Shown here: in pieces, positions 49,101 through 60,573 of the stretch
How positions within the stretch are numbered: position 1 is the stretch's first letter
Layout of the letters: each line of letters opens with the position of its first letter
Origin: Centroscyllium fabricii
Lineage: Eukaryota
Assembly: GCA_051313645.2 (NCBI GenBank)
Contig: JBNRSN020000020.1
Coordinates: 69,502,001 to 69,566,000 of the forward strand
Direction: 5' to 3'
DNA length: 64,000 bases
The notes under the pieces: model-generated
Told to the model about the DNA's origin: nothing
Database searches by the model: none
What the model saw: only the letters and a program-made list of their open reading frames with translations
Made by a program: the position numbers and the translations under genes

Positions 49101-51119
49101 GCGACCATGCACGCCGTTGATGAATCCATCCCTTTCCAGGTGGAGAGTGACGCTTCAGACTTTGCCCTTGCCGCCACCCTGAACCAGGCAGGCAGGCCCG
49201 TAGCGTTTTTCTCCCGCACCCTACAGGGACCCGAAATTCGCCACTCTGCAGTGGAAAAGGAGGCCCAGGCCATCGTGGAGGCCGTGCGCTACTGGCGTCA
49301 TTACCTGGCCGGTAAGTGTTTTACCCTACTCACCGACCAGCGGTCGGTGGCGTTTATGTTTAATAATAAACAAAAGGGTAAGATCAAGAATGATAAGATC
49401 CTGCGGTGGCGGATCGAGCTCTCGACTTACGAGTACGACAATCTTTACCGACCAGGCAAACTCAATGAACCCCCGGACGCACTGTCCAGGGGAACGTGCG
49501 CCAGTGCCCAGCTAGACCGGCTGAAGGATCTCCACGATCGCCTCTGCCACCCGGGTGTCACCAGACTTGCCCACTTCATCAAATCCCGTAGCCTCCCCTA
49601 CTCCATCACGGAGATCAAGGCTATGACCCGAGAGTGCCCTGTTTGCGCCGAGTGCAAACCCCAATTTTTCCGGCCAGACACGGCGCACCTCATTAAGGAC
49701 ACCCGCCCCTTTGAACGTCTAAGCGTGGACTTCAAAGGCCCCCTCCCCTCCACCGACCGCAACTTGTACTTCCTCACGGTCGTAGATGAGTTCTCCCGCT
49801 TCCCCTTCGCCTTCCCCTGCCCAGATATGACGAGCGCAACGGTGATAAAACACTTCACCACGCTGTTCGCCATTTTCGGTCTCCCCAGCTACATTCATAG
49901 CGACCGGGGGTCATCGTTCATGAGCGATGAACTGCGCCAGTTTCTGCTCCAGAAAGGGGTTGCCTCGAGCAGAACGACCAGATACAACCCCCGGGGGAAT
50001 GGCCAGGTAGAAAGGGAGAATGGGATCATCTGGAAGGCGGTCACCCTGGCTCTGAAGTCCAGAGGCCTTCCAGTGTCCCATTGGCAGGCAGTCCTCCCAG
50101 ACGCGCTGCACTCGATACGCTCTCTGCTATGTACGGCCACCAACGCCACCCCTCATGAATTTAATGTTTTCCTTTCCCAGGAAGTCGACTTCGGGGACAG
50201 CTCTTCCTCCATGGCTCACGACACCGGGGCCGGTCTTCCTTAGAAAACACGTCCGCGGCCACAAGACCGACCCCCTGGTGGACAAGGTGCAGCTCCTGCA
50301 CGCTAACCCACAGTACGCGTACGTGCAGTTGCCGGATGGGCGCGAGGACACCGTCTCCATCAGGGACCTAGCGCCCGCCGGGAGCACCACAGCAGAGCCA
50401 CTGGTCAGGCAGCAGCCCACCCAGCCAAGATGTTTCGAACACCCCCTGCACCTACAGTGGCCACCAAGGTACCCAGAGCCCCAGCCGTGGCCAGCCCAAG
50501 ACCACCATTCGGATGGCTCGGATCAACCGATACCACCAGCATCGGAAGTTTCGGCACCAGCGCCGCTGTCACCACCACCGGACCCGAGCGGGACAGACCA
50601 TACAGAACTTCTGCCAGAGCCCCGGCGGTCCTCCAGACAGATGCGACCGCCGGACAAATTGATATTGAACTGCTCTGTCCATTCACCCCGCCGGACTTAA
50701 ATTTTCAAGAATTCAATTCAATTCAATTCAAGTTTTATTGTCATTGCAGAGTACTAGTACAATACAACGAGACGAAGACTCGACTCTCCCGAGAGTAGTG
50801 CAAATAAAATAAATAAATTACATGCAAAATGCAGGGGTGAATGTGGTAACCATAATTGTCTATAGTTTACCACTACAATATTGGTGCCAATATTGCCATG
50901 TATATAGTTAAACATGTTGCGACACTGTCGTGGAGCCAGGTCAGCCACACCTCTAACTCCTCCCCCAGGTGAGGCCCTTTATAGGTGAGGACTGACCGGG
51001 CTCACTCATTCTGTTCCTGTTTGTTCGTTCGGAGTGTAGCTCCAAAGTAAGTCAATAAAAGCCTGTAGTTAAGGTCACTACTCGTCTTTGACTTTATTGA
51101 GTAAATTGACGATATGTCA
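46189..51119 (+). mobile_element. Ty3/Gypsy element family D (related to B), full-length but frameshifted
   Basis: 278-bp LTRs 46189-46466 and 50842-51119 (1 mismatch seen), TSD ACATA; gag ATG 46491; overlapping ORF pieces to 50700. Confidence 0.97.
50711..50832 (-). mobile_element. Rex1/Babar LINE 3' UTR fragment inserted in the PPT of D
   Basis: (TTGAA)n tail and 3' UTR nearly identical to 56970-57083; splits AAGA|AGGGGTGAA. Confidence 0.88.
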
Positions 51120-51878
51120 ACATATTAATCAGGCACCAGTCTGAGATCAATGAGGTATGGTCACAAACGGTCAAATGTTGCAGTCTTGTGTCTGTGTGAA
51201 AACACACAGACTGATTTAAAAAAAAAAAGGATTTTCCTTACTGGAATTCGCCGGAACCAAAAAGGACAAGGACGACTGGAGTCTGGATGACTCTACGCCA
51301 GGCAGGGTCACATGTAGCGCGACATGAAGCCAATATCACAGTTGAGGCCGTCCTCGTGGGTGCGGAATTTGGCTATCAGCCTCTGCTCGATGATTTTGCG
51401 TTGTCGTGTGTCTCGAAGGCCACCTTGGAGAATGCTTACCCGAAGATCGGAGGCTGTATGTCAAGGACTTCGAGACACATGACAATGCAAAATCGTCGAG
51501 CAGAGGCTGATAGCCAAATTCCGCACCCATGAGGATGGCCTCAACCGTGATATTGGCTTCATGTCGTGCTACATGTGACCCCGCCTGACGTAGAGTCATC
51601 AGACTCGAGTCGTCTTTGTCCTTTTTGGTTCCGGCGATTTCCAGTAAAGGAAAACCCTTTTTTTTATATCATTCTGTGTGTTTTCGCACAGACACAAGAC
51701 TGCAACATTTGACCCTTTGTGACTATACCTCATTGATCTCAGACTGGTGCCTGATTAATATGTTAAAATATGTTAAAACACCTTTGTCTGCTCTGTATAT
51801 CTCTGCTGAAGTGTGATGATGTTGGAGAGATTAGGTTGCTCTCTCCCTTGTATATCTGCTGTCTTTAAATGAACTCTT

Positions 51879-51915
51879 TCACCTGAAGAAGGAGCAGCGC
51901 TCCGAAAGCTTGTGA
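51879..51915 (+). ncRNA. Minimal hammerhead ribozyme motif in Penelope pLTR
   Basis: TCAC-CTGAAGA-A-GGAGC agc GCTCC-GAAA-GCTT-GTGA; stem I TCAC/GTGA. Confidence 0.68.
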
Positions 51916-52745
51916 TTTCAAATAAAACTGTTGGACTATAACCTGGTGTTGTGTGACTTCTTGCATTTGTCCACAAAAAGCAGTAAGATAAATGACCAGA
52001 TAGTCTGCTTTAGTGATGTTAGTTGAGGGTCAAATATTGGCCAGGACATTGGGAGAACCCCCTGCTCTTCTGCAAATAATGCCATGGGATCTTGTATGCT
52101 CACCTTAAATGGCAGACGGGCCTCAGTTTAACACCTCATCTGATGACACCTCCGACAGTGCAGCACTCCCTCAGTATTGCACTGAAGTGCCTGTCTGGAT
52201 TATGTGCTTTAATTGTGGAGTGAAGCTTAAACTCCCAACCTTCTGACTCCAAGACAAAAGTGCTACCACAAAGACAAGGCTGAGACTGTCTTCTCTGAGA
52301 TTCTTCCTGTTCTGCTGCACTGTTGGAAAGACTTTCTTCACCAATGGTTTCTCTGTGACATTGGACAAAATTATTTGGCAGCTTGTCGACGAACGTAAAC
52401 AGTTCCTCTGTTATAATCTGCAATAATGAGGCAAAATCCACCAAAATAACCATTGATCTCTGATCTGAATGATTGGGTGTAACACTGGACAGTACATCTG
52501 CCTATAGATCAGAATAGGAAACCTCCACTGGGAGCAAAAGACTTGGATGCTCTCTATTGTCCAGATACTTGTGCTTTCTTTGGAAGCATTTCTAGCTCAC
52601 ATGCAAGAGTGTGGAGTAGAGGGTTTATTTTGACACCATTATACACAAATATTTTCGTATGTGCATGATCTCTGACCTTTATGTTCTGGAAAACATTTTG
52701 ATTCAATCATACAGTACAGAAGGTGACCATTCTGGCCATCATGTC

Positions 52746-52967
52746 TGATGCAAGAAAACTACTAGGCACTTGGTCTAAGCGTTAAACAAACCTTTAATCA
52801 ACTGTTTTGCAACATGGAGGTCTAGTTGTGCCCTTCACTAGTTCCTGTTAAGAATGCCCTGCGCAAGCTGGGCCCATGCCCGAGTATTTATACTCTCCCT
52901 GGACAGCGCCACCTGCAGGCCGCTCAGTATTATTTCAGAAGTATTTCTTTCATGAATGACTGCTTCA
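52746..52967 (-). mobile_element. Short solo LTR (222 bp) inside a CR1 tail
   Basis: TGATGCA..TGCTTCA ends, 4-bp TSD TGTC, minus-strand TATAAATA and ATTAAA. Confidence 0.6.
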
Positions 52968-53518
52968 TGTCAATGCCTGTGCCGGCTCTTTGAAAGAGCT
53001 ATCCAATTAGTTCCACTAATACCCTTTTGAAAGTTACCATTGAATCTGCCTCCACCTCCCTTTCAGACAATGCAATGCAGGTCATAACAACTTGCTGTGC
53101 AAAAAAAAAAATCATCTCAACTCCCCCCAGAGGCTTTTATGTAAACAAACTCGTTTTTTCAAGATGTCTTTAAATTACAATAATAATCAATACAGAAAAT
53201 TAGAATCCTCAAGATTTGAAAAAATGTCAGCAACAGTGGCCAGAATCAGTATGAAGATGTCTCCAATGTCATCAAGTTAATGTGAGAGGATCAATCGAGA
53301 TACTGCGATTAGTGCATCAATATGAAAATAGATTCCTTTTGGGAAACTGCCAGACTGATTTTCAGGAAGTGTTTCTTTCTTAAAGTTGTGGTATGGAAAT
53401 AAGAAACTCATCTACCCTGTAGTTGATTCTACATTCGTGCAACAATCATTCCGGAATAGAGCATGCAGGGTCTTTATAGTTAGCCAATCTTCCTTTCAAC
53501 TAAAAATGGATCTGGAAG

Positions 53519-54075
53519 CATAGAATCATAGAATGGTTACAGCACAGTAGGAGGCCATTCGGCCCGTCGAGCCTGTCCCGCATCTCTGCAAGAGCACTTC
53601 AGCTAGTCCCACTCCCCCGCCTTTTTCCCATAGCTTTGCAATTTTTTTTCCTTCAGGAACTTACCTAATTCCCTTTTGAAAGCCACGATTGGATCTGCCT
53701 CCACCACCCTTTCAGGCAGTGCATTCCAGATCCTAACCACTCGCTGCATAAAAAGGTTTTCCCTCATGTCGCCTTTGGTTCTTCTGCCAATCACCTTAAA
53801 TCTGTGTCCTCTGGTTCTCGACCCTTCTGCCAGTGGGAACAGTTTCTCTCTATCTACTCTGTCAAGACCCCTCATGATTTTGAACACCTCTATCAAATCT
53901 CCTCTCAACCTTCTCTACTCTAAGGAGAACAACCCCAGCTTCTCCAGTCTATCCACGTAACTGAAGTCCCTCAACCCTGGAACCATTCTTGTAAATCTTT
54001 TCTGTACCCTCTCTCAGGCTTTCACATCCTCCCTAAAGTGCGGTGTCCAGAATTGGACACAGTACTCCAGTTGAC
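53519..54075 (-). mobile_element. CR1 3' fragment
   Basis: RGDLIEVFKIMRGLDRVDREKLFPL..WNALPE; (ATAGAATC)n tail. Confidence 0.88.
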
Positions 54076-54735
54076 TTAGACTGTTGGGCAGAACCCTGGG
54101 AGGACTCTAATTTAATGAGTGCTGTGTAATCTTTAACACCTACCTGAACCATGCGAACTGGCAAATAGAATCTCTACCTTTTTCATATGGCACTTCTGAC
54201 TGTGCAGCACCCCCTCAGTACTGCACTGGTGAAAAGATAAGAATGGCCCTGAGGTCTGTGACCATGTTACACAAGCAGATTGTTAGCATGACTGAGTCCT
54301 GGCTTAACAGTCAGAGCTTCTGTTGATAAGAATATGGAAATATAGAAATGCCATTCAACAAATTATGAACTGGAAATCTTGATTTGAACATTACATTCAA
54401 AAATGGTAAGACAAGCCAACCCCGCTCTCTGTAACCGATATCGGTGGTGCAACTTTAATGCAAGATGAAGCCTGATCTTTCATTCGGATGAAAATCGGTG
54501 ATTACATTTAAACTATGTCTTATAATCCAGGAAAATATACTTCTTTCCTGAACATATACCGTGAGGCTTTCCTGCTCTTGTAACCACAATCTTGGCAACC
54601 TTTTGCAAAGCTCTGGAGAAGAAATCTTCATAATTGCTGCTGTTGCTCTTCAGTATCCTGACTATATATACATATATATATATATATATATAGATAACAA
54701 TTTAGAATTCACAATTTATTTATTTCTGCTTTCAG

Positions 54736-54840
54736 CTTCACAATTTGCCACAAAACAGAAGTGGTGAAAAATACCCTGAATCCTGTGTGGCAGCAGTTCT
54801 GCATTCCAGTGCGAGCCCTCTGCAATGGTGACTATGATAG
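54736..54840 (+). CDS. CPNE5: Copine (CPNE5-like) next coding exon, C2B domain
   Basis: TTTCTGCTTTCAG | C+[34 protein letters not shown]+AG | GTAAGT; 105 bp; phase joins the previous exon (AC+C = Thr). Confidence 0.92.
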
Positions 54841-54926
54841 GTAAGTTCATAGAATTGTGGCTTCTGAGTGCTGGTACATACAACCAGCGCATAAGAAAGT
54901 GAATAACTGGTCACGATTAGTCCAAT

Positions 54927-55312
54927 GGGCGGCACGGTGGCACAGTGGTTAGCACTGTTGCCTCACAGCTCTGGAGACCCGGGTTCAAATCCAGCCTCGG
55001 GTGACTATCTGTGTGGAGTTTGCACATTCTCCCCATGTCTGCGTGGGTTTCCTCCGGGTGCTCCGGTTTCCTCCCACAGTCCAAAGATGTGCGGGTTAGG
55101 TTGATTGGCCATGATAAATTGACCCTTAGTGTTAGGGGGGTTGAATATGTGGGGTTACGGGGATAGGGTGTGATAGGTGTTGGTGCAGGCTCGATGGGGA
55201 TATGGGGAGAGGGCAGGGACAGGGTGCTGGGTTTGGATGATCAGCCATGATCTCATTGAATGGCGGAGCAGGCTCGAAGGGCCGAATGGCCTACTCCTGC
55301 TCCTACCTTATA
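54927..55312 (+). mobile_element. HE1-like V-SINE
   Basis: tRNA head, V-domain, CR1 tail. Confidence 0.88.
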
Positions 55313-56059
55313 TGTTAATAGGTATCTTTATAGTGCAAGTGGTTATAATTGAAAACAAAGGAAATGAGTTAAGATGATGCTATCGCTGATTTAATTATAG
55401 TTTAAATAAGTAGTCCTATTCTACACATTGTACATAATTGGCTACAAGTCAGCAATCCCCGTCGCCCCCCCACCCACCCCCAGGTCAGATTTAATGACGT
55501 TACCTCAACCCTGAGTGGTACTACTTTGAAACATGCAGTTAACTCGGTACAATAGGTAGAAGTGGAGTAATGATCTATTATTTTGCCTTTGACCATTTTC
55601 CATTTCTTTGCATTGCTGTTGAGGGGCTCAAGGCAGACAGTGACAAACAATCGGCTGCGGAGACTGAATTAGGTGATTTCACAAGTGATGTGGGGAAAAA
55701 GCGACATAGAATTTCTGCAGATGTAAATTCCAGTTCATTGACCACATGACTTTTTTATATTTCACTTTTTTATGCTAAATAATTAACTGAAATATATATT
55801 TTGCATCATTTACTATATTACATGGGTCTCATCTTTCTACAGCAGCGGATTAAAATTCTGATGACAATATGAGATGGTTTCCACTTTTCAATCTTTTCCA
55901 TTTTTGGTATTTCACTGTGTATTGCTATTGACGGAAGAATCCTGACAATGAAATTGCATTCTGCTGCTTGAAATTGTTCACTTAGCCTGAATCATTACAA
56001 CAGATTCTGTGTTCATTATTTTAACAGAAGCCCACGGCACTACAGGTGGCTCAGCTGCA

Positions 56060-59000
56060 TGGGGGGAGGGAGGAAGAGTTGGAAAGCAATAGTGGTTGGA
56101 GATTCAATAGTTAGGGGAGCAGACAGGCATTTCTGCAACCGCAGATGTGACTTCGGGATGGTATGTTGCCTCCCTGGTGCCGGGGTCAAGGATGTCACCG
56201 AGCGGCTGCAGAACATTCTGAGGCAAGAGGGTGAACAGCCAGAGGTTGTGGTCCATATCTGTATCAACGATTTAGGTAGAAAGAGGGATGAGGTCCTGCG
56301 AGCAGATTTCAGGGAGCTAGGAAAGAGATTAAAAAGCAAGACCTCAAAGGTGGTAATCTCCGGATTACCCCTGGTGCCACGTGCTAGTGAGTAGAGAAAA
56401 AGGAGGACAGCGCAGATGAATGTGTGGCTGGAGGGATGGTACAAGAAGGAGGGCTTTAGATTCCTGGGACATTGGGACCAGTTCTGGGGGAGGTGGGACT
56501 TGTACAGGCCAAACAGATTGCACCTCAACAGGGCCGGGACCAATATTCCCGTGAAGAAAGCTGAAGAAAGCCAGGCTGTCATCCGGCATCCTCTCCAACT
56601 TCTACCGCTGCACAATAGAAAGCATACTGACAAGCTGCATCACTGTCTGGTATGGAAATTGCACTATCTCGGACCGGAAAACCCTGCAGCGGGTAGTCAA
56701 AACTGCCCAACGAATCACCGGTACACAGCTACCGTCAATGGAAAGCATCTACCTCAAACGCTGCTTACGGAGGTCTCTGAACATTATTAAAGACCCCACA
56801 CACCCCAGCCACTGTCTGTTCGCCCCCCTGCCCTCCGGGAGACGCTACAGAGCAATTCGCACCCGCACGACTAGATTTCAGAACAGCTTCTTCCCCAGGG
56901 CTGTCAGCCTCCTGAACTCTAAAAAATAAACTCCGGTACCTGCACGCCTGATAATGTACTTTACTCTATGCAATTTGCATGTAATTTATTTGCACTACTC
57001 TCGGTAGAGTCGAGTCTTCGTCTCGTTGTATTGTACTAGTACTCTGCAATGACAATAAAACTTGAATTGAATTGAATTGAATTGGGAGGTTTGCTAGTGT
57101 TGTTGAGGGTTTAAACCAATTTGGCAGGGGAATGGCACCAGGATGTAACATTAGAAAGGAGAAATAAAGTGCTGAAAGGATTGGGAGAGGAAGAGAGCAC
57201 TAAAGTAAGAAATAGTAAGCTATTAGATGGGGTCAAACTAAGCGAGAATATAGGATGGTCTAAGATGGGTTTACAGTGTATGTATGTGAGCACACGGAGC
57301 GCAGTAAACAAGGTAAGTGAGCTGCAGGCACAAATAGCCACATGGGAATATGATGTTGTGGCAATAACTGAGACCTGGCTCAAAAAAGGGCAGGATTGGG
57401 TATTAAATATTCCTGGTTATAAAGTGTGCAGGAAAGATAGGGAAGGAAAGATAGGAGGTGGTGTGGCAGTATTGGTCAAGGAAAATGTTACAATGCTGGA
57501 GAGGGAGGATGTCCTGTAGGGGTCAAGGACAGAATCTATATGGCTATAGTTAAGAAATAATCGAGGTGCCATTACAATACTCGGTGTATTCTGTGGATCA
57601 CGAAATAGTGGGAAAAATATGGAGGAGCAATTTTGCAGAGAAATTACAGAGAGGTGCAATAACTATAGAGTAGTAATAATGAGGGACTTCAACTATCCTG
57701 ATATAGATTGGGATCATAATCATGTTAAAGGCAGAGAAGAGGAAGAATTTCTGAAGTGTGTTCAGGAGAACGTTCTTGATCAGTATGTTTCCGGCCCAAC
57801 GAGGGAGGAGGCATTGCTCAATCTGGTTCTGGGGAATGAGGTGGGTCAAGTGGAGCAAGTGTCAGCTGGTGAACATTTAGAGAACAGTGGTCATAGTATC
57901 ATAAGGTTTAGATTAGCTATGGAAAAGGACAGGGAGAAATCTAGAGTAAAAATGTTTTACTGGGGGAAGGCCAATTTCAATGGGATGAGAACGGATCTGG
58001 CCCAGGTAAACTGGAATCAAAGATTGGCAGGCAAAACTGCAATGGAACAATGGGCTGCCTTTAAAGAGGAAATAGTTCAGGTACATTCCCACTCGGGGGA
58101 AGGCAGGGCAACTAAAGTCAGGGCTCCCTGGATGATGAAAGAGATAGAAAATATGATGAAGCTGAAAAAGAGCGCGTATGACAGATGTCAGGTTGCAAAT
58201 ATATCTGAGAATCAGGCTAAATATAGAAAGGTCAGAGGAGAAGTGAAAAAGAAAATAAAAGGGGCAAAGAGAGGGTATGAGAATAGAATGGCAGCCGACA
58301 TAAAAGGTAATCCAAAAGTCTTCTCTAGGCATTTAAATAGTAAAAGGGTAGTAAGAGGAGGGGTGAGGCCGATTAAGGACCAAAAAAGAGGCCTATGCAT
58401 GGAGGCAGAGGGTATGGCTGAGGTACTAAACGAGTACTTTGCATCTGTCTTCACCAAGGAAGAGGATGCTGCCATAGACATAGTGAAGAAGGAGGTAGTG
58501 GAGACACTTGATGGGAAAAAAAATTGATGAAGAGGAGGAATTAGAAAGGCTGGCTGTACTTAAAGTAGATAAATTACCAGGAGCGGATGGGATGCATCCT
58601 TGGATGCTGAGGAAATTGAGGGAGGAAATCGCGGAGGTACTGGACATAATATTCCAATCCTCCTTAGATACGGGGGTGGTGCCAGAAGACTGGAGAATTG
58701 CAAATGTTATATCATTATTCAAAAAAGAGTGTGAAGATAAACCCAGCAACTACAGGCCAGTCAGTTTGACCTCGGCAGTGGGGAAGCTTTTAGAAACAGT
58801 AATCAGGGACAAAATTAACAGTCACTTGCACAAGTGTAGATTAATTAAGGAAAGCCAGCATGGATTTGTTAAAGGCAAATCATGTTTAACGAACTTAATT
58901 TAGTTGTTTGATGAGGTAACTGAGGGGGTTGATGAGGGTAATGCAGTTGACGTAGTGTACATGGGTTTCCAAAAGGCATTTGTCAAAGTGCCACATAATA

Positions 59001-60131
59001 GGCTTACCAACAAAGTTGAAGCCCATGGAATAAAAGGAACAGTGGCAGCATGGATACAGAATTGGCTAAGTGACAGGAAACAGAGAGTAGTGGTGAACGG
59101 TTGTTTTTCGGACTGGAGGAAGGTATACAGTGGTGTTCCCCAGGGGTCAGTTCTAGAACCAGTGCCTTTCTTGATATATATTAATGACTTGGATGTGGGT
59201 GTACAGGGCACAATTTCAAAACTTGCAGATGACACAAAACTTGGAAGTATAGTGAACAGCGAGGAGGAGAGTGCTAAACTTCAGGAAGACATAGACAGGC
59301 TGGTGAAATGGGTGGACACGTGGCAGATGCAATTTAACGCAGAAAAGTGTGAAGTGATACATTTTGGTACAAGGAATGAGGAGAGGCAATATAAACTAAA
59401 TGGTACAATCCTGAAGCGGGTGCACGAACAGTGAGACCTGGGGGGATATGTGCACAAATCGTTGAAGATTGCAGGGCAGGTTGAGAAAGCAGTTACAAGG
59501 ATTTACAGGATATTGGCTTCATAAATAAAGGTGTAGAGTACAAAAGTGTGGAAATTATGATGAACCTGTATAAACACTGGTTCAGCCCCAACTGTGTCCA
59601 ATTCTGGGCACCACTTTAGGAAGGATGTGAAGGCCTTGGAGAGGGTGCAGGAAAGATTTACGAGAATAATTCCAGGAATGAGAGACTTCAGTTACGTGGA
59701 TAGACTGGAGAAGCTGGGGTTGTTCTCCTTGGAGCAGAGAAGATTGAGAGGAGATTTGATAGAGGTGTTCAAAATCATGAACGGTCTGGACAGAGTAGAG
59801 AGAGAGAAACTGTTCCCATTAGCAGAAGGGTTGAGAACCAGAGGACACAGATTTAAGGTGATTGGCAAAAGAACCAAAGGCGCCATAAGGAAAAGCTTTT
59901 TTACGCAGCGAGTGGTTAAGATCTGGAATGCGCTGCCTGAAAGGGTGGTGGGGGCAGATTCAAAAACTATTTTCAAAAGGGTGTTGGATAAATATCTGAA
60001 GGAAAGGAATTTGCAGGGTTACGGGGAAAGGGCGGGAGCGTTGGACAAGCTGAAGTGCTCTTGCAGAGAGCCAGCACGGGCTCGACGGGCCGAATGGCCT
60101 TCTTCCATGCTGTAACTATTCTATGATTCTA
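56060..60131 (+). mobile_element. Near full-length degenerate CR1 (HER1-like): ORF1 esterase plus ORF2 APE-RT
   Basis: VVGDSIVRG..CLPGA (SGNH-like), AITETWL, DFNYPDIDW, NYRPVSLTS, QHGF, GVPQGS, LADDTK; multiple stops. Confidence 0.92.
56554..57083 (+). mobile_element. Rex1/Babar LINE 3' fragment inserted in CR1 ORF1
   Basis: NFYRCTIESILTSCITVWYGNC..IIKDPTHPSH.LF..LPSGRRYR..SFFPRAV; AATAAA plus (TTGAA)n tail. Confidence 0.88.
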
Positions 60132-60573
60132 AGTAATGAGATCATTTCTGTAGCTAACAGAGCTTAGAGTTGGAATGCATTTTCCACTACTTCACTGAGA
60201 ATGTTGTTACTTTTAAACAAATATTCATAGTTACCGCTGACTTGGTGTATGTATATATGTATGTAAATCAAGTAAAGTATGAGCAATATGGCAACATTAT
60301 CTTGAGATGTATTTAAAATAATGTTTCAATAAAAAGCAAGTGTCCCATTAACCACAATTGCATTTGAATTTTGCATAATTGTGGACCCTTCATAAAAGAT
60401 GAACATAATTTTAAACAACAGGGTTATTATTACAGATCTGTTTGTTGCATGCAATCAGAGAAATCAGATTGTTGAAGAAGAGCTTACACATGCTCAGATG
60501 GTGCAGTATTAAAACTCTAAGTTGAACGTGGAGTCACACTTTTGTATTAAAGCTGTTAATATTTTGAGCTGCT

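Larger units (their letters stand above)
45941..51974. mobile_element. Penelope-like element as an inverted pLTR pair (left arm split by Gypsy D)
   Basis: 45970-46188 plus 51125-51418 is the inverted copy of about 51468-51974; GIY-YIG C-terminal-like EQRLIAKFRTHEDGLNRDIGFM; 12-bp direct repeat CCACAAAAAGCA at the junctions. Confidence 0.8.
45800..52287 (-). mobile_element. Deu-domain SINE (SacSINE1/AmnSINE1-like), split into about 45800-45940 and 51975-52287
   Basis: ACAGTGCAGCACTCCCTCAGTATTGCACTG core, GCCATGGGATCTT, L2-type tail AAGAAAGAACTTGTATTTAT; the two halves join at CCACAAAAAGCA. Confidence 0.7.
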
